Assembly: GCA_963827235.1 (NCBI GenBank)
Contig: CAWHAE010000017.1
Coordinates: 189,287-253,286, forward strand
Source: an uncultured bacterium
GTDB lineage: Bacteria; Chloroflexota; UBA5177; JANWHV01
Direction of reading: 5' to 3'
Length of the DNA: 64,000 nucleotides
Shown: positions 39,115-48,290 of the stretch, in pieces
How the letters are laid out: each line of letters begins with the position of its first letter
Numbering within the stretch: the stretch's first letter is position 1
Program-made: the position numbers and the translations under genes
The notes under the pieces: generated by a model
Database searches by the model: none
What the model was told of the DNA's origin: nothing
Seen by the model: only the letters and a program-made list of their open reading frames with translations

Positions 39115-41727
39115 ATGGAGCAGGTGCTGGCCCTTGGCGTGGCGCTCCGGCGCTACCGGTTGGCAGCCGGCATCTCCCAGGAAGCCCTCGCGGAGCACGC
39201 CGGCCTCTCCGTCGAAGGGATCGGCGCTATCGAGCGTGGGCAGCGCCGGCCTCGACCCGCGACCCTGCGTGCGTTGGGTGCCGCCCTGGGCCTCTCGCCA
39301 CTGCAGATCGGCGAGCTGGCGCTGGCGCTGCGGCGCACCGGCCGGTCCCGCACCGCCCCGCCGCCACCCGCGCTGCCCGCCCAGTCGACCCCGCTGATCG
39401 GTCGCACTCACGAACTGGCCGTTGTTGCGTACTTGCTGCGCATAGCCGGCGTCCGGCTCCTCACCCTAAGCGGAGTCGGCGGCGTGGGCAAGACGCGGGT
39501 GGCCGTCCAGGCGGCGATCGAAGCGGCGGGTGCCTTCCCGGATGGGGTAGTCTGGGTCGATCTGGCCCCGCTGCGCGACCCCAGCCTGGTCGAGGCGGCG
39601 CTTGCCCAGCAGGTGGGACTGGGCGACGAAGGATCGGCGCCACTGCGCGCACGCCTGCTCGCCGCCCTTCGGACGAAGCGGGTCCTGGTGCTGCTGGATA
39701 ACTTCGAGCATGTGCTGGTCGCCCGGGATTTAGTACGGGAGTTGCTGGCGGCATGCCCAGGCATCAGCGTGCTGGTGACGAGCCGGGCTTGCCTGACTCT
39801 GGAGAGCGAGCAGGAGTACCCGCTCGCGCCTCTGGCTCTGCCCGACCCGAGCGAGCGTAGCGTCGAGGCGGTCGCCAAGGCTTCAGCCGTGGCCCTCTTC
39901 CTGCAGCAGGCACAGGCAGCTCTGCCGACGATGCGTCTGACCGAGACGACCGCACCGCTGGTAGCGGAGATTTGCCGGCGACTCGATGGGCTGCCGCTGG
40001 CCATCGAGCTGGCAGCAGCTCTGGTGCGGGTGCTCCCGCCCCAGGAGATGATTGCACAGCTTGGCGACGGGAGTGCGCCCGGCTCGCCGGGCTCCAGACC
40101 GAACGCGCCGCCGCGCCTCGACGTGCTTGAGCGTGGCGGATGGGGCTTGCCGGACCGCCAGCAGTCCATGCGGCGGTGCACTGCCTGGAGCTATGATTTG
40201 CTGGCGCCGGAGGAGCAGCGCGTCTTCCGCCACCTGGGCGTTCTCATCGGTGGCTGGGATGAGGCTGCCGCGGCCGCCGTCGCAGGTGACGCCGAGGACG
40301 GTGCGTTGCCAATAGTGCTGGCCCGCCTGGCCGCCAAGCACTTGATCCGGCGGGAGGGCGGCCCGGGCGGGACGCCACGCTTCAGCATGCTGGAGACCAT
40401 TCGCGAGTACGCCTCAGAGCGCCTGGTCGCAAGCGGCGCCGCCGACGCGGTGCATGAACGGCACGCCGCTCACTATCTGAACCTGGCCGAGCAGGCTCGC
40501 TCGCACCTGCGGGGCGCCGAGGAGGACTCGTGGCTTGCCCGGCTCGAACAGGAGCATGGCAACCTCCGCGCCGCCTTGAGCTGGGACGCCGCTGCCGCGG
40601 CCACCGCGGCGCAGGGCGCGCGCCTCGCCGGAGCCCTCTGGCTCTTCTGGCAGATCCGAGGCTTCCGGCGCGAGGGCCTCGCCTGGCTGGAGCATATGCT
40701 GGACCTGGCCGCGGATGCTCCGGCAGCCTGGCGGGCACGAGCGCTGCACGGGGCGGGCATACTGCGGTACGATCTCGGCGACTACACTGGCGCCCGCCCG
40801 CTGCTCGCGCAGGCGCTGGCGCTTCGAGAGGCGATTCCCGACATTCAGGGGGTCGCCGAGTCGCTCCACGGACTCGGCTGCGTAGCGCAGAATCTGGGCG
40901 AGTACGCCCAATCCGCGGCGCTCTTCGTGGAGAGTCTGGCCCTGCGCCAACAGCGGGGTGATCGGCGTGGCGCGGCCGACTCCCTCAGCTGCCTGGGCAA
41001 TCTGGCCTGGGAGCAAGGTGACTACGAACGAGCGCGGCAGCTGCATGAGGAGGCGCTGGCGATGCTGCGCGCTGTCGGTAACCGACGCGGTATCGCCACG
41101 GCGCTGGGTAATCTGGGTCTGGTCGCTCAAACCACGGGCGATCTCGCTCGGGCCCGCCGCCTCTACGAACAGGGACTGGCCATCCATCGCGCGATGGGGG
41201 ACAAGGAGGGTATCGCGCGAGGGGTGCATAATGTCGGCGACGTGGCGCTGGAGCAGGGTGACCATGGGGCCGCCTCACGCCTCCTGGAGGAGGCCGTGCA
41301 CCTCTGGCGCGACGTCGGACATAGCCTCGGGCAGGCCTATTCCCTGAACAGCCTGGGCGGCCTGGCTTTGCTGCAGGGCGATCGGGCGCGAGCCGCGGCA
41401 CGCTATCGCGAGAGTCTGGTCATCGGCCGCGAGATTGGGCACAAGCGCAGCGTTGCCGATGCGCTGGAATGGCTTGCCGTCGTCCTGAGCCTGTGGTGTG
41501 AGGCCTGCGATGCCACTCGGCTTTTCGGCGCCGCGGCCGCGCTGCGGGACGCGGAAGGCGCTGCGCGCTGGCCCCAGGCGCAGCAGCAGTATGAGGGCGC
41601 GGTGAAGGCGGCCCGCGCTGCCCTGGGCGAGTCTGCATTCGACGCGGTGTGGGCAGAGGGGGCGGCCATGACATTCGAACAGGCGATCGCCCGCGCGCTC
41701 GGGCAGCCGTCCTTGGTGTCGCACTGA
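39115..41727 (+). CDS. XRE-HTH + NB-ARC (STAND ATPase) + TPR regulator
   Basis: SQEALAEHAGLS HTH; GVGGVGKT; LLDNFEH; VTSR; LDGLPLAIELAAA; repeated TPRs. Confidence 0.93.
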   Translation: MEQVLALGVALRRYRLAAGISQEALAEHAGLSVEGIGAIERGQRRPRPATLRALGAALGLSPLQIGELALALRRTGRSRTAPPPPALPAQSTPLIGRTHELAVVAYLLRIAGVRLLTLSGVGGVGKTRVAVQAAIEAAGAFPDGVVWVDLAPLRDPSLVEAALAQQVGLGDEGSAPLRARLLAALRTKRVLVLLDNFEHVLVARDLVRELLAACPGISVLVTSRACLTLESEQEYPLAPLALPDPSERSVEAVAKASAVALFLQQAQAALPTMRLTETTAPLVAEICRRLDGLPLAIELAAALVRVLPPQEMIAQLGDGSAPGSPGSRPNAPPRLDVLERGGWGLPDRQQSMRRCTAWSYDLLAPEEQRVFRHLGVLIGGWDEAAAAAVAGDAEDGALPIVLARLAAKHLIRREGGPGGTPRFSMLETIREYASERLVASGAADAVHERHAAHYLNLAEQARSHLRGAEEDSWLARLEQEHGNLRAALSWDAAAAATAAQGARLAGALWLFWQIRGFRREGLAWLEHMLDLAADAPAAWRARALHGAGILRYDLGDYTGARPLLAQALALREAIPDIQGVAESLHGLGCVAQNLGEYAQSAALFVESLALRQQRGDRRGAADSLSCLGNLAWEQGDYERARQLHEEALAMLRAVGNRRGIATALGNLGLVAQTTGDLARARRLYEQGLAIHRAMGDKEGIARGVHNVGDVALEQGDHGAASRLLEEAVHLWRDVGHSLGQAYSLNSLGGLALLQGDRARAAARYRESLVIGREIGHKRSVADALEWLAVVLSLWCEACDATRLFGAAAALRDAEGAARWPQAQQQYEGAVKAARAALGESAFDAVWAEGAAMTFEQAIARALGQPSLVSH

Positions 41728-41951
41728 CACACTATCTCGGGCACCTCTTGCCCAGCTTCCGCAAGTGCGGGTCTAAAGCTGCGCTGCATGACCTCCGCCA
41801 TGTCACTGGGACCCTGTGGTTACGGCAGCGCAATCGCTTATCCGGCGGGGAGTCAATCGCTGTGATCCGCGGAACACAGTCCGTCGTAGCATCAACATAC
41901 GACCACACGTGGTCCGGACTCGGGCTCTCGCGTAGCATGGAGGCACGAGCA

Positions 41952-42395
41952 ATGTCGGCAGACGAAAATCGGTCGATCGCACGTCGCTTTGTACTGGAGC
42001 ACAATCAGGCAGATTACGTGGCGACTTTCGACGCACTCCTGGCGCAGACCTGCGTGGTACACGAGTATCTGCCGGGCGTGCCGCCGTCGATGGACCGGGA
42101 AGCGTACGAGCAGTTCATCGCCGACTTCCGTGCCGCCATGCCCGATATCCACAATGGGATTGAGGATGTCATCGCTGATGGGGACTCTGTCGTGGTGCGT
42201 TGGACCGGTAATGGCACGCACACCGGCGCGGGCTTAATGGGGATACCGGCCCAGGGACACGCGGTGCACGCCAACGGTGTGTACATCTTCCGGATCAGAG
42301 ATGGCAGAATCCAGGAAACGTGGGATCTCTGGGACACCGTGAATGTTTTGCAGCAACTCAGGTCCCTGCCCGCACCGGGTGAAGCGCAACGTTAG
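41952..42395 (+). CDS. SnoaL-like ester cyclase (NTF2 fold)
   Basis: ENRSIARRF, AMPDIH..IEDVIADGDSVVVRW..GTHTG, GRIQETW; GGAGG SD. Confidence 0.9.
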   Translation: MSADENRSIARRFVLEHNQADYVATFDALLAQTCVVHEYLPGVPPSMDREAYEQFIADFRAAMPDIHNGIEDVIADGDSVVVRWTGNGTHTGAGLMGIPAQGHAVHANGVYIFRIRDGRIQETWDLWDTVNVLQQLRSLPAPGEAQR

Positions 42396-42406
42396 CGCTC
42401 ACCCGG
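42375..42406. terminator. GC-rich hairpin between convergent genes
   Basis: CCGGGTGA(A)GCGC-N7-GCGCTCACCCGG. Confidence 0.45.
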
Positions 42407-42471
42407 CACGGCGAACTGCCGCGGGATCGCCAATACCGCCGTAACGCTCTTTGTGGTCAAGTTCGTACTGA

Positions 42472-42586
42472 ATGTCCTGCAATCTGGTCCGGTGGAACCC
42501 CTCCCGGGCGAGTCATGCCTGCGCCGCGGCGAGTACTTCTTGCCGTCGGCCCTCACGACAGACGGTGCTAACGACGAGCGGGGCAT
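42472..42586 (-). pseudogene. TetR-family N-terminal fragment
   Basis: MPR...(frameshift)EGRRQEVLAAAQA*LAREGFHRTRLQDI resembles TetR helices 1-2. Confidence 0.45.
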
Positions 42587-42703
42587 GTGTCATACCCCGG
42601 CGACCCGCCGGCGTGCTCCACTGCTGCGCCGAGCGTCGGTCGCAACACGGTCTGCTGTCCCGCCGACAAGACTGACGCGACGCCAGCGGATCATGCCAGA
42701 GCG

Positions 42704-43993
42704 CTACCGGCGGACACGGTGATCCTTGTGGCCCCTCTGGAGACGATGCGCCTGATAGAGCAGCTCCTTGTCCTGCAGGTTGTTTTCCGAGGCGAGCAAC
42801 TCGGCGGCTGCCGCCTGCACCGCCGGGCTGGCCGGTGCCAGCGCCGCCATGCTCGCGGCGGTGTCTTGAAGCACACGCTGTGCGCCCGGCACGTCGCCCC
42901 GGCTGAACAGCGCGCTCGCCTCCTGTTGCGCCCGGTACCCCTGGTGCAGACCCACCCAGTGCATGACCAGCGGATCGCGCCGGACACGTTCGGCGTCGCA
43001 GGCCTCGTGGACGGCGTAAGTGAAGGTGACGTGCTGCCAGGGCGACTCGTGGGTCCCAGCAGCATCCTGCCAGACGAGCCGAGCGCGCACTTCCGCCGAT
43101 GCCGTGGCACCCTGTGGAGCGAAGCTGCCCCGCACCACGATCTGGCGCTCCTCGCCGCTCATCAAGTCGCCCAGAGGCACGTCCAGCCTCGACCGCCCGG
43201 ACTCGCCCGAGGGCCGATAGTCGCTCACGAGATCGAGCCGGACGGTGGGATCGGCAAGTATCTCCAGACGCACCTGCCGGCAGGCCACCGCCATCATGTC
43301 CCCAAGCTCGCCCAGGAACGTGGCCATTATGTCCGCAGACGAGCGCAGATGATGGAACTGGCCGCCCCCGGCAGTAGCCATCGGCGCAAGGAGCTGCTCG
43401 TTGTAGTCGCCGATGCCAAAGGTGCTGGTGACGATGCCGGTCCGGGCCAGGACATCGCCGACTTGTACGGCAACCTGCTCAGGATCGCTCTGGCCGACGT
43501 TGGCCTGGCCGTCCGTGAGCAGGAAACAGCGGGCCGCCAGGTCGCCTGACGGCGGGCGATCGCCGGCAATCTCCGAGCAGCCGGAGAGCCAGCCGGCGTG
43601 GAGCGCGGTGCTCCCGCGTGCCTCGATGCCCTGGAGCACCTCGCGGATCGCCGACTTCGCAGACTTCGAGGCGGGGCCGAGAGGCTGCAGCGTGTCGATC
43701 TTGTCGTCAAAGACGACGATAGCGACGTGGTCACGCTCGTCCAGGTTATCCAGGACGGCCAGGGCAGCGCGCTTGGCGGTGAGCAGTTTCTCCCCCTGCA
43801 TGGAACCGCTGCGGTCAACCACCAGACCCAGGTGCACCGGTAGGCGGTCCCAGGCCTGCCGCTGCACCTCCGGAACCTTGATCGTGAAACAGAGATAGCG
43901 ATGGCTGCCGCCGGGGCGGATGAGGCTGCGCTCACCGCGGGCCTCGAGTGCCGGCACGACGCGAAGATCGGATGCCTGGTGCGAGATATCCAT
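42704..43993 (-). CDS. von Willebrand factor A (vWA) domain protein
   Basis: MIDAS DRSGS, GST, LLTDGQAN, TFGIG; AAAGGA SD before ATG 43993; no signal peptide. Confidence 0.92.
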   Translation of the reverse strand: MDISHQASDLRVVPALEARGERSLIRPGGSHRYLCFTIKVPEVQRQAWDRLPVHLGLVVDRSGSMQGEKLLTAKRAALAVLDNLDERDHVAIVVFDDKIDTLQPLGPASKSAKSAIREVLQGIEARGSTALHAGWLSGCSEIAGDRPPSGDLAARCFLLTDGQANVGQSDPEQVAVQVGDVLARTGIVTSTFGIGDYNEQLLAPMATAGGGQFHHLRSSADIMATFLGELGDMMAVACRQVRLEILADPTVRLDLVSDYRPSGESGRSRLDVPLGDLMSGEERQIVVRGSFAPQGATASAEVRARLVWQDAAGTHESPWQHVTFTYAVHEACDAERVRRDPLVMHWVGLHQGYRAQQEASALFSRGDVPGAQRVLQDTAASMAALAPASPAVQAAAAELLASENNLQDKELLYQAHRLQRGHKDHRVRR

Positions 43994-44039
43994 GTCGGAT
44001 TCCTTTCCTGACTGCTGGCCGGTGGCTAAAGGCCGGCAA

Positions 44040-44696
44040 TTACGGCTCATTGCTCTGGGCGTCGGCTGCAAGCTGCCGCAGCCGGTCGATGAGCGCCGCG
44101 TAGCCGGACTCCTCGCCGGCCAGCACATGTAGCTCGAGCCCCGGCGCCAGCTGCCAGCGCTTCCAGCTTGTGCCCTGCACGTCCGGCACGTGGACGTACG
44201 CCGCCTCTGCCTGAGAGTCCGTTCGGCGCGGTGCGCACGGGGCGGCGGGGCAAGACGCGGTGGAGACAGACGGTGAGCTGCCGGGCACCGGCGGTACGGG
44301 CTGGGCTGCTGCTTGTGGTGCGGGAGCGGCCATCCCGCCCTGGCCGGGCGTGGCGCGGCGCAGCAGGGATGCGATGTAAGCCTTTGGCGAGGGCTGGCGT
44401 GCCGCCTCGTCCAGCACCGCTGCCTGACGCTCTTCCTCGGCGAGCAGCGCTCGGACGTCCGCGGTGCTCAACCCGTCGAGACGCGAGGCAACCTCGTCAA
44501 GCGGCAGGTGCCGCGCCGTCAGGCACCGGATCAGCCGCAAGCGGCGCAGGTGGTCCTCGGTGTATCTTGCCTGCTTGCCGCGACTCTCGGGCCCGGCTAC
44601 CAGGCGCGTGGTGATGTAGTAGCGGATGGTCCGGGTGGGAATCCCGGATCGTGCTGCCAGCTCGTCAATACTCAGCAGTGCCTGCTCGCTGTTCAT
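44040..44696 (-). CDS. MerR-like HTH protein with P/A-rich linker and C-terminal W-x-R-x-x-L-x-P-G-L-E-L-H motif
   Basis: SIDELAARSGIPTRTIRYY...ARYTEDHLRRL; SWKRWQLAPGLELHV. Confidence 0.88.
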   Translation of the reverse strand: MNSEQALLSIDELAARSGIPTRTIRYYITTRLVAGPESRGKQARYTEDHLRRLRLIRCLTARHLPLDEVASRLDGLSTADVRALLAEEERQAAVLDEAARQPSPKAYIASLLRRATPGQGGMAAPAPQAAAQPVPPVPGSSPSVSTASCPAAPCAPRRTDSQAEAAYVHVPDVQGTSWKRWQLAPGLELHVLAGEESGYAALIDRLRQLAADAQSNEP

Positions 44697-44702
44697 GACC
44701 CC

Positions 44703-44731
44703 ATACTATACAGTTACAGTGCTACTGTCAA
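44703..44731 (-). promoter_or_regulatory. Sigma70-type promoter with overlapping inverted repeat; predicts a leaderless mRNA
   Basis: TTGACA-N17-TAGTAT, then 6 nt, then ATG. ACAGT-AGC-ACTGT palindrome overlaps the -35 and spacer. Confidence 0.75.
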
Positions 44732-45072
44732 TATTCTGCTTTGGATGGCGCGGTCGGCGGGTTGACGATCGCCGGCGCCACTACCTGCCCCGCGGCGCTG
44801 CTGCCCACGCTGAGCTTGACGGGCAGCACATGTTGTCGGCGTCCGCGCAGACGCCGGCAGCGGCGGAGCCGGCAGGAGCGTAACCGGTGGCAACGAGGCA
44901 GGACGCGGCCGCATGGGAGCCGGCGTCATCGACACTCTGAACCGCTGCGGATCGTCCAGGTACCGCGCGAGCACGGCGCCCAGCAGATCGTCGCCATATT
45001 CCGTCCGCCAGGCCGAGTGCAGCCAGGTGTATACGATGTCGATACCGCTGCCGGATCGTCGCGACAGCGTAT

Positions 45073-45089
45073 TTGCTACAATTGCTACA
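45073..45089 (+). promoter_or_regulatory. TTGCTACA direct repeat, probable toxin-antitoxin autorepression site
   Basis: TTGCTACA-A-TTGCTACA, 15 bp upstream of the antitoxin ATG. Confidence 0.5.
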
Positions 45090-45103
45090 GGGTAGGGGGT
45101 ATT

Positions 45104-45373
45104 ATGCGAAGAATCAGCCATCGAGAGCTACGGAACAACAGCTCGGCAGTGCTCCGTGCTGTGAGCGCCGGAGAGACAGTGGAAGTGACCAATCACGGCG
45201 AGGTAGCAGCGGTGCTCGTGCCGCCATCGCTCACGGCGTACGAACGCCTGGTAGCCGCGGGAAAGGTTCGACGGCCGCGCGAAGACCGGCAAGTGGATCT
45301 GCGCCGGATCCGACGCGTGGACGCTCCGCTGACGAGCGAAGCGATCATCGCGGACGTCAGAGGCGACAGGTGA
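45104..45373 (+). CDS. Phd/YefM-family antitoxin
   Basis: ISHRELRNNSSAVLRAV..GETVEVTNHGEVAAVLVP. Confidence 0.9.
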   Translation: MRRISHRELRNNSSAVLRAVSAGETVEVTNHGEVAAVLVPPSLTAYERLVAAGKVRRPREDRQVDLRRIRRVDAPLTSEAIIADVRGDR

Positions 45374-45768
45374 TCGTCTACGTCGACGCGTCAGCGGCGC
45401 TGAAGCTGCTGGTGCAAGAGAAGGAGTCAACCGCACTGGCTGCCCATCTCGAGCAGCGCAGAGAGGGCGGTGACACGCTGGTGGCCTCGCTGCTTCTCCA
45501 CACGGAGCTGCACTGCGCGGCGAACCGCCGGCCGGAGTTTATCGGGCACGAGGCAGTAGCCGACGTCCTGTCCGCTATTGCGCTCATCGATGTCGAGGCC
45601 GGTGACTTGACGACGGCACCGCTGCTGCCGGGTCGCCTGCGCTCAGCCGACGCCATCCATCTTGCCACGGCACTGCGGGTTAACGCCACTGTGTTGGTCG
45701 CATACGACGGCGAACTCTGTGCCGCGGCCCGGACAGCTGGCATCGAGGCTCTCAGCCCTCACGACTAG
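45370..45768 (+). CDS. vapC: PIN-domain toxin (VapC family)
   Basis: YVDASAALKL..E.ES, TEL, LRSADAIHLATA, AYD; GTGA overlap with the antitoxin. Confidence 0.9.
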   Translation: MIVYVDASAALKLLVQEKESTALAAHLEQRREGGDTLVASLLLHTELHCAANRRPEFIGHEAVADVLSAIALIDVEAGDLTTAPLLPGRLRSADAIHLATALRVNATVLVAYDGELCAAARTAGIEALSPHD

Positions 45769-46036
45769 CCGCAAGAAGCCAGCAGAATTCGTCATCTAGA
45801 GCTACGATTGCCCTCGTCACCCCGGGATCTGGGCTCGTTGCACTACCGCGGACGGCGTATGGTCCTCGATCAGGATGGCCTGGGACGACTACTGCGCGGC
45901 CCGAAGAAGGCACCAGCGGCACAACAACCAGGTATTCAGGTCACAGCGAAGCACGCTTTAACCGTACCGAGCGGTGTGATAGAACGGTGCCTACCCGCAC
46001 GTCAGGCACGCGAACTCGGCGCTTGGTTGAAACTAT

Positions 46037-46309
46037 CTACCCTGAATGATATGCCAGCCCTGACCTATGTGCTTGGCGACCCCGGCAGCTCACAGTGCTG
46101 CGGGATCGTGGAGGCAGGGGTTGAATGTGGCCGTTGCCAGAGAGGCGCGCTAGGTCTTGCGGCTCAGGGAGCTGATCGCGGTCGATGATAGTGATCGGGT
46201 ATGAGTCTGAGTCCAAGGAGAATTCGGCAAGCACCTGGCCCTGCCGAAGAGGCTGATCTCCAAGCGTCTGCAGAAACTCCTCGGTCGGCCGCTGCTTCCA
46301 GTGCTCCAC
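46037..46309 (-). pseudogene. Fragment resembling the DUF6630 C-terminus
   Basis: TEEFLQTLG...LAEFSLDSDSYPITII; upstream frame broken by a stop. Confidence 0.35.
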
Positions 46310-46680
46310 CGATGTGCCAGACGCGGCGTCCTACTCCGAGCCGCGGAAGAATGCCGTGGGCGATTGTATCCACCGTCTCTGTTTCAAGTGGTACGGCGAG
46401 GAAGTCGTGCGGACTGCTGGCCACCAGCGTGTTCTTTCGCGATACTGACGTCTCCGTGTCTGTGGCACCGCGGATGGCCAGGGGATCGGCCTTGCCCCGT
46501 GACACATCTCCCTCTGGAGAGAGCATTGCACTTCCGCAGAGGGCTTCGCACGTGTAGTCACGATGCCCCTTGGAGTCGGTGAGCTCGCCGGCCTCCCGAT
46601 GCTCCACGATGGCTATGGGCTCGGCCAGGGCGATGCCCGCCGTGTGCAGGAGTCGAATCTGAGCTGAAGAGCAGATGATA

Positions 46681-46709
46681 TTGACAATCCAGGTCAGGCG
46701 TGCTAGAGT
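46681..46709 (+). promoter_or_regulatory. Sigma70-type promoter of the sugar operon
   Basis: TTGACA-N17-TAGAGT. Confidence 0.75.
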
Positions 46710-46720
46710 CTAAGGCTAGG

Positions 46721-46745
46721 ATACTTGACTCAATGAAATAAGTAT
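46721..46745. promoter_or_regulatory. ROK-type operator 1
   Basis: ATACTTGACTCAATGAAATAAGTAT, AT-rich with ATACTT/AAGTAT palindromic ends, just downstream of the -10. Confidence 0.7.
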
Positions 46746-46932
46746 GTTGCGTCGAATGAATCGGAAGCTGGTGGAGCGTCCTGTGTGGAGGATTCCCGCG
46801 GCCTCATGACACGCACAACGGTATGGCCAAGCGAGCAATCGTGGAGACAATTGGTCACCATTCCGCCCGAGTGCGGTTCACTTGGACACCGGTCCACAGA
46901 GTGACGCGGATGCGCTATTTCGGGAGACAGTG

Positions 46933-46957
46933 GTATTTAAGTTAGTGAAATAAGTGG
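46933..46957. promoter_or_regulatory. ROK-type operator 2
   Basis: GTATTTAAGTTAGTGAAATAAGTGG shares TA.TT.A.T.A.TGAAATAAGT with operator 1 and overlaps the ROK translation start region. Confidence 0.65.
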
Positions 46958-46960
46958 CAC

Positions 46961-48270
46961 ATGACGCGCACACGAGTGGGCAGCAAACGACTTCTGCGCG
47001 ATCTCAATCGCAGCATTGTCCTGAACCTCATAGCCGCGCATGCTCCCATCTCGCGCACGGATGTGGCGCGCGAAGGGCATCTGCCCGCCGCCACCGTCAC
47101 CCATATCGTCGGCGACTTTGTCAGAGCCGGCCTCCTCACCGAAACGCAGAGCGAAGAGTCGAGCGGCGGCCGGCGTCCTGTCCATCTGGCTATCAACCCC
47201 AGCGCAGGTCACGTGGTAGGGGTCAAGCTTCGCGAGGACGGCATGACCGTTGCCGTCTGTGACCTGGCCTGCAACGTGGTGCACCACATGGAGGCTCCGC
47301 TCGCCGGCCAGCTCGCGCCATTCCAGGTCGTGGAGGGCATTGCGAGCGCCGTCGCGGCGTGCATCTCGCAGGCAGGGATCGCGCAGACAAGCGTGCTGCG
47401 CGTCGGCGTTGGTCTGTCCGGCCTGATCGACTCGGCGCGAGGCATCTGCCGCTACTCCGCCATCCTCGGCTGGACCGATTTCGAGCTGGGGCCGGCCCTG
47501 GAGTACAAGTTGCGCCTGCCGGTGCGGATCGACAACGACGTGAACACGCTCGCCGTGGCCGAGCGCCACTTCGGCGCCGGCCGGGATGCGGAGGATTTCC
47601 TGCTCGTCACCCTTGGGCGTGGGATCGGCCTCGGCATCGTCGTCGGTGGCGAGATTTACCGCGGCGCCCACGGGGGCGCGGGGGAATTTGGGCACATGAC
47701 CGTCGATACCCCTGCAAGCGCCCCGCCCTGCAACTGCGGCAAGCGCGGTTGCCTGGAGGCCGTAGCCTCGGACTACGGCATTCTGCGAGCGGCCACCGGC
47801 GTGGAGCCCGGCCACCGCGTCTCGGAAGCCGTGGACGCGCTTACCCTGCGCGCCAGGGATGGCGACGAGCGTCTCCGAGCGATCTTCGCACGGGCAGGTG
47901 CGGCGGGTCGGGGTCGCCGTGGCCAACCTAGCCAACATCTTCGATCCCACACTCTGTGCTACTGGGCGGCGAGCGCGTGCGTGCCGGCGATCTGATCCTT
48001 GGTCCGTTACGCGCTACACTGCCGCAACATCTGTTCGGCAGGACTTCCCGACCAGGCTCGGCAGGCGATCTCCCGATCGTCGCGCTCACCACGACGGATG
48101 TGGAGTGGGCGCGTGGCGCCGCAAGTCACGTGCTCAGCGACCTGTTCCGGATGCCGATCCGGCAGTCGGACGAGCCCCTCCCGATCGACGAACTCATGGC
48201 CCGGCTGGTAGCCGGGAGCAGACAGCATACAGACAGGATGCGCCGCCAGCCGGCGGCGACAACGCGCTGA
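46961..48270 (+). CDS. ROK-family repressor (two apparent +1 frameshifts near 47906 and 47955)
   Basis: HTH ISRTDVAR, GGRRP, NDVN, GEFGHMTV, CNCGKRGCLE. The C-terminus continues as VGVAVANLANIFDP and then VLLGGE...WARGAA in other frames. Confidence 0.88.
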
Positions 48271-48290
48271 GTGGTAGGACGAGGTCGGCT

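Noticed and set aside
44760-45060. Minus-strand piece WLHSAWRTEYGDDLLGAVLARYLDDP
   Set aside because: Looks like a gene remnant but cannot be assigned, and the ORF start lies inside the antitoxin gene.
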